DNA of 64,000 bases from Thermoplasmatota archaeon (GTDB taxonomy: Archaea; Thermoplasmatota; Thermoplasmata; Thermoplasmatales; ARK-15), in contig JAVRLK010000001.1 in assembly GCA_031961545.1 (NCBI GenBank), positions 6,596-70,595 of the forward strand, written 5' to 3'. This document shows, piece by piece, positions 26,678-35,795 of this stretch. Under the pieces are notes generated by a model, which ran no database searches, was not told the DNA's origin, and was given only the letters and a program-made list of their open reading frames with translations. A program made the position numbers and the translations under genes. Numbering within the stretch: position 1 is the first letter of the stretch; each line of letters opens with the position of its first letter.

Positions 26678-29600
26678 ATTTTTTCAAGCAATTTTAGAGC
26701 TATTTCCACAGCCCTTTCAAGCTGAACATCCCTTCCCATCGAATAATCCTGGGGAGTGTTTTCCACATAAATATCCGGTTCTGTTCCTCTATTTTCAATT
26801 CCGAATCCCACATCCTTAAACCAGAATGCGTATTCAGGTTGCGTCACAACAGTCCCATCAATGAGCCTTCTCCTTGGATTTATTCCAATAACACCTCCCC
26901 ATGTTCTTGTTCCTATAAGTGGCCCTATTTTCATAAGCTTGAATGCGTGGCTGAAAATATCACCATCAGAACCCGATAATTCATTGGTAAGGCATACAAC
27001 AGGTCCCTTCGGTGATTCTGGTGGATATTCTGTTTTCATTCCATGCCTTGGATTATCGTATCCTATGATCTTCCTGTTCAATACTTCGAGCAAAAGTGGT
27101 GAAACGTATCCTCCTGTATTAAATCTAACATCTATTATTAGCGCCTCATGCTCACTTTCTTCAAGATAGTTTAAGAAGAATTCGTTGTATCCCCTGTTAC
27201 CCATATCAGGTATGTGAACATATCCAACCCTGTTATTGCTTATTCTATGAACAAAATCCTTGTTGTTCTCAACCCATTCCCTGTAAATTAGATAAGATTC
27301 ATCACCGAGAAGTTTAACGTTCCTCGTGATCCTTTCATTTTTTCTTAATAATGTTATCGCGACAGTTTCATCTGCCATGTTAAGAAGGACCTTCCCTGGT
27401 GGGTTTGTTTCATCAAGGTCAATACCGTTTATTGATAGAATAACATCGCCCTCCATGGCATCGGCACCTGACTTTGATAATGGTGAAATATCATCCATCC
27501 TTCCCCTGTAAATTTTCTTTATGTAATATTTTCCATTGTAATCTATCTCACCACCAAGAAATCCAATGTTTTCCCTTGGTGAATAATGGTAATCACCAAG
27601 ATACTCGTATGAGTGTGATGTTCCAAGTTCGCCCTGCAATTCCCATATGAGATCCGAAAGCTCTGACCTTGTAGAAATTTTATTTAAAAGATCATAATAT
27701 TTTTTGAAAATATCATCCCATTTTATGTTTTCATCCCTCCAGTAATTTTCCCTCATCAATGACCAGGTTTCATAAAGCATCTGGCTGAATTCTTGTAAGG
27801 GATTTATTTTTAATTTTATCCTTGAAATGTCAATTATTCCTGTTTCCTTTCCTGGATTTGTATTTTTCATTTCACTTTTTTCTGTGGAACTAACAACCCT
27901 CAGCATATTTTCATTCTTATACAACATTTTTGTTCTATCACCTGACAAAACAAAAAATTCGGCCTTTTCAACAAACACTTCATCCTTTCTATCATTAATG
28001 TTGTAATGTCTTATTTCACCGGCGGATTGATCCTGTGATGATAATGTTAGATTATGGTATAGAAAACCATTCTTTACACCTGCAATCCTGAAATATCTTC
28101 CTTCAGGTAAGGGAACAGGTATGATCCTTTCATCAATGTTTTCAAACTCAATCTTAATTTCTTTCTGCTCCCCATCAGGTTCATAGAGAAATGGGTTCTT
28201 TATTCCACTGTTAAGTGTGATTAAATAAATTTTTGAAGGTAAAGGATAGGAAAGGTTGTATCTTATAATTTCATAAACAGGTGAGGAACTGTGCAGGGAT
28301 ATGAAATAAAGGTATCTGCCAAGTGGATCAAAGGAAGGTGAAAAGATCCATCTGTAATTCTTTTTAATATCAACGAATTCCATTGTTTTTATGTTCCTTA
28401 TCCTCAATCTATTTTTATTCTTTTCCTCAGAGATCACATATGCTATGTAATTATCATCAGGTGAAATATCAAGGTATTCTATTTCCTCACTTTTAGTTCT
28501 GTCAATAAACTTTAATTCCGATTTTTCAAGATCAACGAGATAGAGTTCCTGTCTCATTGTTGATATAAAAGCAATCTTCCCTGAATTTGATACCCAGAGA
28601 TGCTGTATTGGTCCAACATCCGTATCTATGATCTTTTCAATTCCATTCTCACCGAATATGGTGATCTTTTCCTTTCCATTTTCTACAAGAACTGCTATGT
28701 TTTTATTATCCCTGGTGAATTGAACTAGCCTGTTCCTTATTCTATCGTTAACAAAAACAGGACCTTCCCAGTTTTTCATCCTTGCTACCTTTCCCCTTAT
28801 ACAGAGGGCAATTTCCTCACCGTTCTGGTTGAGGGAAATTCCATCAAGATAATTGAGGGGATTTTCAATCATCCTTTCCTGCAAATGCTTTTTTGAACCA
28901 TAAATATCAAGAGATAATTTTTTCAATTTTCCATCGTAAATGTAAATATCCCCGGCCATCTGAAATACAATTCTTTTTCCATCAGTGGATGCAAACCTCG
29001 CGTAATAATCATTGTTATCTGTGTGAACCATTAAATCATTACCATCAAGATCACAGGAATATATTCTTCCAATCCCTTCATGGTCGGATATGAAAAATAT
29101 TCTACCATTCAAGAGCATTGGTGATGCCAGATTACCATTAATATTCTCCAGAATTCTTTTAAAAGTTTTTCCACCATCCTTTGAAACCCATATCTGGCCT
29201 ATTGTACCTCCCCTGTACCTCTTCCATCTTGCTGGATCAGCGGTGTTTCTTCCAAGTATAATTATATTATTTTCAATGTAAATATCGTTTGCCGGACCAT
29301 ATGGGAGCTTTTCGGGCATACCAGCTTCTGGATCAATGTAAAAAATTTCGTTCCATGCATTCTTTGGACTTTTATGACTTGATGAAAAGTAGATTTTACC
29401 GTTGAAAAATCCCAGTACCTTTAAATTTCTGCTACCCAAATATGTCAGCCTTTTTATATTTCCTCCATTTGATGGAATAACATAAAGGTCCGATTTAATT
29501 GCATTTCTTTCATCACCATGATTTCTGTATAGGGCGAATGCAATCAGAGATCCATCTTCTGATATTTTTGGGTACTTTACAACACCAAAACCATCCGTGA

Positions 29601-29697
29601 GCCTTCTCAGATTTTCATCATATATCCATAGGTCATCTTCTGTTACAAATGCTATTTTATTATCCCTTATGGATGGATACATCAGATAATGATCCAT
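26674..29697 (-). CDS. tri: tricorn protease
   Basis: 1007 aa. Beta-propeller N-terminus (IAFVTEDDLWIYD...), a PDZ-like segment and an S41-like C-terminus (NELSGSDGDIFSH). Collinear with the Thermoplasma tricorn core as I recall it. Confidence 0.85.
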   Translation of the reverse strand: MDHYLMYPSIRDNKIAFVTEDDLWIYDENLRRLTDGFGVVKYPKISEDGSLIAFALYRNHGDERNAIKSDLYVIPSNGGNIKRLTYLGSRNLKVLGFFNGKIYFSSSHKSPKNAWNEIFYIDPEAGMPEKLPYGPANDIYIENNIIILGRNTADPARWKRYRGGTIGQIWVSKDGGKTFKRILENINGNLASPMLLNGRIFFISDHEGIGRIYSCDLDGNDLMVHTDNNDYYARFASTDGKRIVFQMAGDIYIYDGKLKKLSLDIYGSKKHLQERMIENPLNYLDGISLNQNGEEIALCIRGKVARMKNWEGPVFVNDRIRNRLVQFTRDNKNIAVLVENGKEKITIFGENGIEKIIDTDVGPIQHLWVSNSGKIAFISTMRQELYLVDLEKSELKFIDRTKSEEIEYLDISPDDNYIAYVISEEKNKNRLRIRNIKTMEFVDIKKNYRWIFSPSFDPLGRYLYFISLHSSSPVYEIIRYNLSYPLPSKIYLITLNSGIKNPFLYEPDGEQKEIKIEFENIDERIIPVPLPEGRYFRIAGVKNGFLYHNLTLSSQDQSAGEIRHYNINDRKDEVFVEKAEFFVLSGDRTKMLYKNENMLRVVSSTEKSEMKNTNPGKETGIIDISRIKLKINPLQEFSQMLYETWSLMRENYWRDENIKWDDIFKKYYDLLNKISTRSELSDLIWELQGELGTSHSYEYLGDYHYSPRENIGFLGGEIDYNGKYYIKKIYRGRMDDISPLSKSGADAMEGDVILSINGIDLDETNPPGKVLLNMADETVAITLLRKNERITRNVKLLGDESYLIYREWVENNKDFVHRISNNRVGYVHIPDMGNRGYNEFFLNYLEESEHEALIIDVRFNTGGYVSPLLLEVLNRKIIGYDNPRHGMKTEYPPESPKGPVVCLTNELSGSDGDIFSHAFKLMKIGPLIGTRTWGGVIGINPRRRLIDGTVVTQPEYAFWFKDVGFGIENRGTEPDIYVENTPQDYSMGRDVQLERAVEIALKLLEKI

Positions 29698-29737
29698 GAA
29701 AAATTAAATAAAAAATAAATGAATAAATTTTTTGCTT

Positions 29738-30904
29738 TTATTTTCTTTCCTCTATTCTTACAAATTTTCTATCACCTGGTCCTCTATAAACAGCCCTTGG
29801 TCTGATAAGTCTGTGCTGTTCCTCCACATATTCAATGAAGTGCGCCTGCCAGCCTGTTATCCTTGAAAGTGCAAACAGTGCTGTATAGATGTTGTTCCTT
29901 AATGGAAATCCTATTGACATGTAAACTATACCTGAATAATAATCCGTGTTTGGATATATTCCCTTTATACCATAGTTCTTTATACCCAATTCTTCAAGTT
30001 TTGTTGCAATCTGGTAGTATTTCTTTGCCTCCTCACTCCTTGATATGAGCTTTTCAGCAATTCTTTTGAAAATCTTTGCCCTGGGATCGTATGTTTTGTA
30101 TACTCTGTGACCGAAACCCATAAGCCTTCTCTTTCCAGTTAATATATTTTCATTGAACCATTTTTCAACATTTTCAACAGATCCTATTTCAGCAAACTGT
30201 GCAATTGCAGCCTCGGCCGCACCACCGTGCAATGGACCCTTCAATGCGGCAAGGGCGGCTGTAACACCAGAATATATATCTGATAGTGTTGAAACAGCAA
30301 CAAGACCTGCTGTTGTTGATGCTGGAACCTCATGATCAGTGTAAAGTATTAGGGCTGTGTTCATTGCATCTATCTCATCCCTTGTAACATCCCTTCCAAA
30401 GGTTGCCCTTAAGAATGTTTCAGCCTCAGTGGGATACGGTTTTACCTTTACTGGATCCATGCCCATTATATGCCTGTAAACGTTGGCTGTTATTGCAACC
30501 ATTCTTCCAATCTGTACCGCGGCAACGTCCCTGTTTGTTTCCTTGTTCCACTTGAAGTTTGTTTCCTTTGCTGCCAGAGATGCAAAAGCTGTCATCTGCA
30601 TGGCAACTGCATCGGATTCCCTTGGTAATTTTCTTATAATGTCTATAACAAAATCTGGAACATTATATCCCTCTTCTATTTTCTTTCTGAAATTATTTAA
30701 CTGTTCCATTGTAGGAAGTTCTCCATAAAGAAATAGATACTGTATCTCCTCGGCAAGTGCATTATTGTTAACAATATCTTCTATGGAATATCCACCATAT
30801 TTCAGTATACCCTTTTCACCATCTATTGTTGTTAACCTTGTCCACTTTATGTTAACATCTTCAAGTCCTTTGCTGATTTCTTCACTTTCTGGCATTTTAA
30901 ACAC
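29738..30904 (-). CDS. gltA: citrate synthase
   Basis: EEISKGLEDVNIKWTRLTTIDG, LILYTDHEVPASTTA and GFGHRVYKTYDPRA. From memory it looks highly similar to T. acidophilum citrate synthase; no alignment was run. Confidence 0.95.
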   Translation of the reverse strand: MFKMPESEEISKGLEDVNIKWTRLTTIDGEKGILKYGGYSIEDIVNNNALAEEIQYLFLYGELPTMEQLNNFRKKIEEGYNVPDFVIDIIRKLPRESDAVAMQMTAFASLAAKETNFKWNKETNRDVAAVQIGRMVAITANVYRHIMGMDPVKVKPYPTEAETFLRATFGRDVTRDEIDAMNTALILYTDHEVPASTTAGLVAVSTLSDIYSGVTAALAALKGPLHGGAAEAAIAQFAEIGSVENVEKWFNENILTGKRRLMGFGHRVYKTYDPRAKIFKRIAEKLISRSEEAKKYYQIATKLEELGIKNYGIKGIYPNTDYYSGIVYMSIGFPLRNNIYTALFALSRITGWQAHFIEYVEEQHRLIRPRAVYRGPGDRKFVRIEERK

Positions 30905-31022
30905 CTCAAAAGCCTATTAAAAATTCATTATTTAAACATTTTACACTTTAAGTTAATGTTCATTTTCGTTAATTTTTGAAGATTAAAAGAATTTAAATAT
31001 TTCTTCAAATTACCATTTTCAA

Positions 31023-31108
31023 TGGGGAGCTTCTGAAAGAGGCTGAGAGGATTCCTGAATGAGGAATCGACCCATTGAACCTGATCCGGGTAATACCGGC
31101 GGAGGGAT
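31023..31108 (+). promoter_or_regulatory. TPP (THI-box) riboswitch
   Basis: GGGGAGC..GCUGAGA-GGAUUCC..GGAAUC-G-ACCC-AUUGAACCUGAUCCGGGUAAUACCGGCGGAGGGA matches the THI element core. Its 3' GGAGGG doubles as the SD, 6 nt before the ATG at 31114. Confidence 0.9.
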
Positions 31109-31113
31109 TAATT

Positions 31114-32358
31114 ATGGAAATAAAAAAATCGGTAAGAAAAACGGAATATCAGAAGGGACTTTTGATTTCATCCTCCATGGGTATGTTTGTCTGGGGTATT
31201 ATTGCTGCGATAGCTCCACTGACCACATCATGGCCATTCATTGAAACATTGCCAAAGATTTACGAAAGTATATTCCTTTTTTTACCAACAACATTCATGA
31301 TGATTGGTAATCTTATTTTTGGCGTTCTTGCAGATTACGTGGGCAGGAAGAGAATATATCTTACAACAATCTTTCTTTATGCTGCAGGCTTCTTTACAAT
31401 CTTTTTTGCAAATAATGTATACATTTTAGTTCTTGGTATTGCACTGAGTGAACTGGGTGTTGGTGGTGAGGAGGTTACAACTCTATCATTAATATCTGAA
31501 GATATACCTGTAGAGGAAAGAGGATTGTATCTTGTTTTTGTTCCAAACATGAACAATATTGGTAGCACAGTCATTGCCTTCATATTCCTTTACTTTTATT
31601 CTTCATCAATATATATACAAAAATTATATTTTGTTGGTGTAGCACTATTTGCAATTTCCATTGCAGTTATTACAAGATACAGGGTTCCAGAATCTTTCAG
31701 ATGGCTTAGGGATGTAGGTAAAAATAAGGAAGCAATTGAAGAAATGAAAAAAATATCACTCACACCTGAACCAAAGAAGGTAAAAGCACCAAGTTTCGTG
31801 CCAACTCTCTTATTCCTCGGTGTACTTGGAATTTCACAGTATTTAACTTTTGGTCTCATGGCATATATAATTGGACCTTACTATTTCCCACAAAATAGCA
31901 GTTTGATAATTTTCATGGCATCTCTTGGTGCATCGGTTGCTGGCTTTATAGCCATGTATGCAATAAATATAAGCAGGAAAATTTTCGCACTGTTCTCCTA
32001 CTTTGGTGGTTTTATTACAACAATACTCATACTTTATTTGTTTAACATCTTTGAAAATTTCTATATATTCCTGATAATGCTTTTCATAAACATGATGTTT
32101 TCTGAATTTGCATGGGCAACAAGGACAACACTTGAACCTGAACTTTTCCCCACAAAAATAAGATCCACCGCTATTGCACTAATCAGAATTTTCCCAATGA
32201 TATCATATATATTTTCAGTTTTTTTCACAGCCACATTTACTTTACAGCAATTTATAATTTACAATATTGTTCTCTGGGGCATCGGGGCGATCTTTACTTT
32301 GATATGGTATTTCATTGGAATTGAAACAAAAGATATCAGTATGGACTTCATTCAATAA
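31114..32358 (+). CDS. MFS-type transporter, riboswitch-controlled (candidate thiamine or precursor transporter)
   Basis: About 12 predicted TM helices and an MFS loop DYVGRKR. The start was moved to the ATG at 31114 because the tracked start (31075) lies inside the riboswitch. Confidence 0.75.
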   Translation: MEIKKSVRKTEYQKGLLISSSMGMFVWGIIAAIAPLTTSWPFIETLPKIYESIFLFLPTTFMMIGNLIFGVLADYVGRKRIYLTTIFLYAAGFFTIFFANNVYILVLGIALSELGVGGEEVTTLSLISEDIPVEERGLYLVFVPNMNNIGSTVIAFIFLYFYSSSIYIQKLYFVGVALFAISIAVITRYRVPESFRWLRDVGKNKEAIEEMKKISLTPEPKKVKAPSFVPTLLFLGVLGISQYLTFGLMAYIIGPYYFPQNSSLIIFMASLGASVAGFIAMYAINISRKIFALFSYFGGFITTILILYLFNIFENFYIFLIMLFINMMFSEFAWATRTTLEPELFPTKIRSTAIALIRIFPMISYIFSVFFTATFTLQQFIIYNIVLWGIGAIFTLIWYFIGIETKDISMDFIQ

Positions 32359-32361
32359 TTT

Positions 32362-33150
32362 TTATTTTTTTAATAAAGCAACCAACATACCAAAGTAAGA
32401 TGGAAGGGCATATTCAAAAAATTCTACCCTGAAGTTAATGTTTTTCCTTAAAATACCAAGTAATATAAGAAATGACCAGTAACTGTCAGGTTTTGCATCT
32501 TCTATTATTTTTTCATCAATATTTTTCAAACTTTCAAAATCATTTTTCCTGAAAATTTCAATAATTTTATCATCAAATATTTTTGCATTTGGACTGAAAC
32601 CATATGGTCCTGATTGTAGATGTCCATGAGCCTGATCTGCACTCACAATCAAACCAATTTTCTTTTCATTATTCTTCAATACATTTCCGATCAATTCACC
32701 GAACCTTATTGAAACATTCTTTTCTAAACCTCTTGCTGGAGTGATCAAAACTATTTTTCTATGTTTTTTGTTTAGAAAATACAAAGGTATAAAACTACCC
32801 CAGTCAAGATAGATCCTTGAAGCCTTTCCTTCAAGAGCACCGAAATTTACTCCAACAACGGGCATTGATTCATTCTTTGCATTCCTGTATATTTTTTCTG
32901 CAAGATCCCTGTCACATTTAAAGTTCAATCTTCTCTTTCCAAGATTACCTGATGCATATTCCGTTAAAATTACTGCAAAGTGATCTTCAATTCTAATATT
33001 ATGTGGTGTTAAAATAACAATTGAATCCAGATCATATTTTTCAAATTCTTTTACAAGATTTTCCATGGCATTCCTAAGTTTTTTCGATTCCTCATCTTTA
33101 GGATCTAAAATCTCTTCTCCGTGCGGAACTATGGCAATAATTTCTATCAT
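32362..33150 (-). CDS. LigB/DODA-type class III extradiol dioxygenase-like protein
   Basis: IAIVPHGEE, LDWGSFIPLYFL, SADQAHGH and DSYWSF follow the typical LigB-family pattern. Confidence 0.55.
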   Translation of the reverse strand: MIEIIAIVPHGEEILDPKDEESKKLRNAMENLVKEFEKYDLDSIVILTPHNIRIEDHFAVILTEYASGNLGKRRLNFKCDRDLAEKIYRNAKNESMPVVGVNFGALEGKASRIYLDWGSFIPLYFLNKKHRKIVLITPARGLEKNVSIRFGELIGNVLKNNEKKIGLIVSADQAHGHLQSGPYGFSPNAKIFDDKIIEIFRKNDFESLKNIDEKIIEDAKPDSYWSFLILLGILRKNINFRVEFFEYALPSYFGMLVALLKK

Positions 33151-33194
33151 CGTTTTAATTATTTCTCGACTGTATATAAAACTTTGTAAAATAT

Positions 33195-33528
33195 AGTTCT
33201 GGGAAAAACATCTATAATAAAAAGTAAATCCAGAATCATTTTTGAATAATATTCTCCCATATATTATATGCTATTGTTTTCATTGTAATTTCTTTTTCAA
33301 ATCTTTTTGTAATTATTGATCCCACAAAGGATCCTTTTTTCTGAATTAAAAATTACACTGTATCAACAATCAGTCTTCCATTTTATTATTCAGGTAAATG
33401 CCTTTTCATCCTATTCCTGTTTTCTAAGTTGGTAGATTTATTGGAACATTTTCATTTATTCCGGGTTTTATTGCAAAAAAACAAAATTTTTTATCATTAT
33501 TTTCAATGTTTTTTTATTCTTTTGAATC
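33195..33528 (-). mobile_element. degraded remnant (about 330 bp) of the IS5-like element (end plus transposase C-terminal region)
   Basis: Collinear by eye with 44945-45290 at roughly 70-75 percent identity. For example, agttctgggaaaaacatctataataaaaa aligns with agctctgtagaaaacctctacaataaaaa, and caggtaaatgccttttcat with caggcaaatgccttttcat. Confidence 0.7.
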
Positions 33529-33534
33529 TTGAAT

Positions 33535-33702
33535 ATGACCAAAAATGATAAGATAGTTTTACACGTAAGAATTACTGGAAAAGCTAAAAGATTCGTTTCA
33601 TTTCAAAAATTTATAAGATACGTTGGAAAGTTCTATAAACTATGGATCGCAACAAGGGAGGAGATAGCAAGGTACTGGATTAAAAATTATAAAAAATTTT
33701 AA
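33535..33702 (+). pseudogene. C-terminal fragment of a polysaccharide deacetylase (PuuE-like) gene
   Basis: IVLHVRITGKAKRFVSFQKFIRYVGKFYKLWIATREEIARYWIKNY resembles the conserved C-terminus of that family. Only 55 codons remain, abutting the IS remnant. Confidence 0.4.
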
Positions 33703-33744
33703 ATCTTTAAAAATATTTATTTTATTGTATTTCATTATCCAATT

Positions 33745-35220
33745 ATGAATGCTCTTATTTCGGTATGGGATAAAACAGGCATTGAAAAATTTGCCAAGGA
33801 CCTGATTTCATTGAATATTAAAATTTTTTCAACTGGTGGAACAAAAAAATACCTTGAGGATAATGGACTCATGGTTCACGGTATTGAAGAAATAACAGGT
33901 TTCCAGGAATTACTTGGTGGAAGGGTAAAAACACTTCACCCTAAAATTTTTGCAGGTATTCTTGCAAGGGAAGACCAGATGGATGAATTGCTAAAAATGG
34001 GAATTGAAACCATTGATATTGTTGTTGTTAACCTTTACCCCTTTGAAAAAACTGAAAAGGATTTGGGAAAACTTGTTGAGATGGTTGACATTGGTGGTGT
34101 TTCTCTTTTAAGGGCTGGTGCAAAAAATTTCCAAAGGGTAACTGTTTTATCGGATCCTCAGGATTTTCAAACTGTAATCGATGAAATTAGAAATTTTGGA
34201 AATACAACAATTGAAACAAGAAAATACCTTGCACTCAAGGCCTTTTTCATCACATCAAGATACGATGGAATAATAAACAAAACCTTCCATGATATCTTCT
34301 ACCCAGATAAACTAAATCCAGGCCTTTCAATACACGGAATAAAATTCATGGATCTAAGGTATGGTGAAAACCCGCAGAATCCAGCAATATTTTACAGCTA
34401 TGGGGAAAAATCATGGATTCCAGTCATGGGTGAAATTTCATACAACAATATACTTGATTTTGATTCAGCCTGGAATGTTGTTAATGAATTCAATGAAAGT
34501 GCTGTTGCAATAATAAAACACACAAATCCCTGCGGGGCGGGTATAGGTAAGGATTTCATTGAAGCTTACAAAAAAGCATACGATTCAGATCCACAATCTG
34601 CATACGGTGGTGTTGTTGCCTTTAACGGTAAAGTTGATTTTGAAACTTCACAGCTTTTAAGGGGCCATTTCTATGAGGTTGTTGTCGCTGAAGATTTTAC
34701 CGATGATGCTCTGGAATTTTTTAAATCAAAGAAAAAGAACCTGAAGGTTGTAAAGATGTTAAAAAAGCCCGAGGGTTTTGAAATAAGGAGTGTTTCTGGT
34801 GGAATACTCTATCAGAAATATGTTGAAAGGGATCCTGAATTCAGGGTTGTTACAAAGAGGGAGCCCAATGAAAAGGAAAGAAATGATCTTCTCTTTGCAT
34901 GGAAAATAGCAAAGCATGTTAAAAGTAATGCAATAGTCCTTGCAAAGGATTTGGGTACGGTGGGTATAGGTGCAGGGCAGATGTCAAGGGTTGATTCAGT
35001 TAAGATTGCAATTATGAAATCAGAGGGAAGGTCAAAAGGTGCGGTTCTTGCATCGGATGGATTTTTCCCATTCCCGGATAATGTTGAGGAAGCTGCAAAA
35101 GGTGGTATTAAGGCAATAATACAACCAGGTGGATCAAAAAGGGATGAAGATGTAATTAAAGTTGCTGATGAATACAACATTGCCATGGTATTCACAAATG
35201 TGAGAATATTCAAACATTAG
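33745..35220 (+). CDS. purH: bifunctional AICAR transformylase / IMP cyclohydrolase
   Basis: ALISVWDKTGI, GGRVKTLHPKI, KHTNPCGAG and AIIQPGGSKRD. Confidence 0.95.
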   Translation: MNALISVWDKTGIEKFAKDLISLNIKIFSTGGTKKYLEDNGLMVHGIEEITGFQELLGGRVKTLHPKIFAGILAREDQMDELLKMGIETIDIVVVNLYPFEKTEKDLGKLVEMVDIGGVSLLRAGAKNFQRVTVLSDPQDFQTVIDEIRNFGNTTIETRKYLALKAFFITSRYDGIINKTFHDIFYPDKLNPGLSIHGIKFMDLRYGENPQNPAIFYSYGEKSWIPVMGEISYNNILDFDSAWNVVNEFNESAVAIIKHTNPCGAGIGKDFIEAYKKAYDSDPQSAYGGVVAFNGKVDFETSQLLRGHFYEVVVAEDFTDDALEFFKSKKKNLKVVKMLKKPEGFEIRSVSGGILYQKYVERDPEFRVVTKREPNEKERNDLLFAWKIAKHVKSNAIVLAKDLGTVGIGAGQMSRVDSVKIAIMKSEGRSKGAVLASDGFFPFPDNVEEAAKGGIKAIIQPGGSKRDEDVIKVADEYNIAMVFTNVRIFKH

Positions 35221-35231
35221 TGGTGATTATA

Positions 35232-35795
35232 ATGGATCCTGTGGGTGAAATAATCAGGTATGGAAAAATTCTTCAAAATTTCAATTATGTTCATTCAACA
35301 CACAGCGGTAATATAAGTGTTAGACTTGGCAATAAAATTTACATAAAAAAACATGGGAAAATGCTCGGTTATCTGAAAAAGAATGATATTATTGAACTGG
35401 ACATGGATGATGAAAAAAACTATGATAAGGCATCCGTAGAGGTTTATGTTCACAGGGAAATATACAGAAAAAGTGATAAGAATGCAATAATACATGCGCA
35501 TACACCATACGCTATAATTGTTTCACTCTTTTATGATAAAATCTATCCTGTGGATGATGAAGGAAAGTATTATCTGAGCTATATACCTGTGGTGGAGGCT
35601 GAGAAAACAATAGCTTCAATGGAAGTTGGTGAAAAATTATCAATTATTTTGAAAGAAATTCCTGTGGCCATAGTAAAGGGTCATGGAACATTTTCAGCAG
35701 GAAAAGATCTTGACGAGGCTTTGAAGTATCTTAGCCTCGCTGAATCCATTTCACATTTAAAATACCTTTATGATACATATTCAAAGATTCTATAG
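35232..35795 (+). CDS. class II aldolase/adducin-domain protein
   Basis: HSGNISVR, IHAHTPYA and KGHGTFSAG. The ATG at 35232 is preferred over the tracked GTG at 35220. Confidence 0.65.
   Translation: MDPVGEIIRYGKILQNFNYVHSTHSGNISVRLGNKIYIKKHGKMLGYLKKNDIIELDMDDEKNYDKASVEVYVHREIYRKSDKNAIIHAHTPYAIIVSLFYDKIYPVDDEGKYYLSYIPVVEAEKTIASMEVGEKLSIILKEIPVAIVKGHGTFSAGKDLDEALKYLSLAESISHLKYLYDTYSKIL

Noticed and set aside
31075-31113. The tracked start codon of the MFS transporter at 31075.
   Set aside because: It lies inside the conserved core of the TPP riboswitch. The ATG at 31114, with GGAGGG upstream, is the sensible start.
34812-35213. A 133-aa minus-strand ORF inside purH. Similar antisense ORFs occur at 7351-7761, 12268-12615, 36585-36962, 47931-48350, 56593-57054 and 22392-22793.
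   Set aside because: All lie inside strongly supported genes on the other strand and carry no recognisable motifs.
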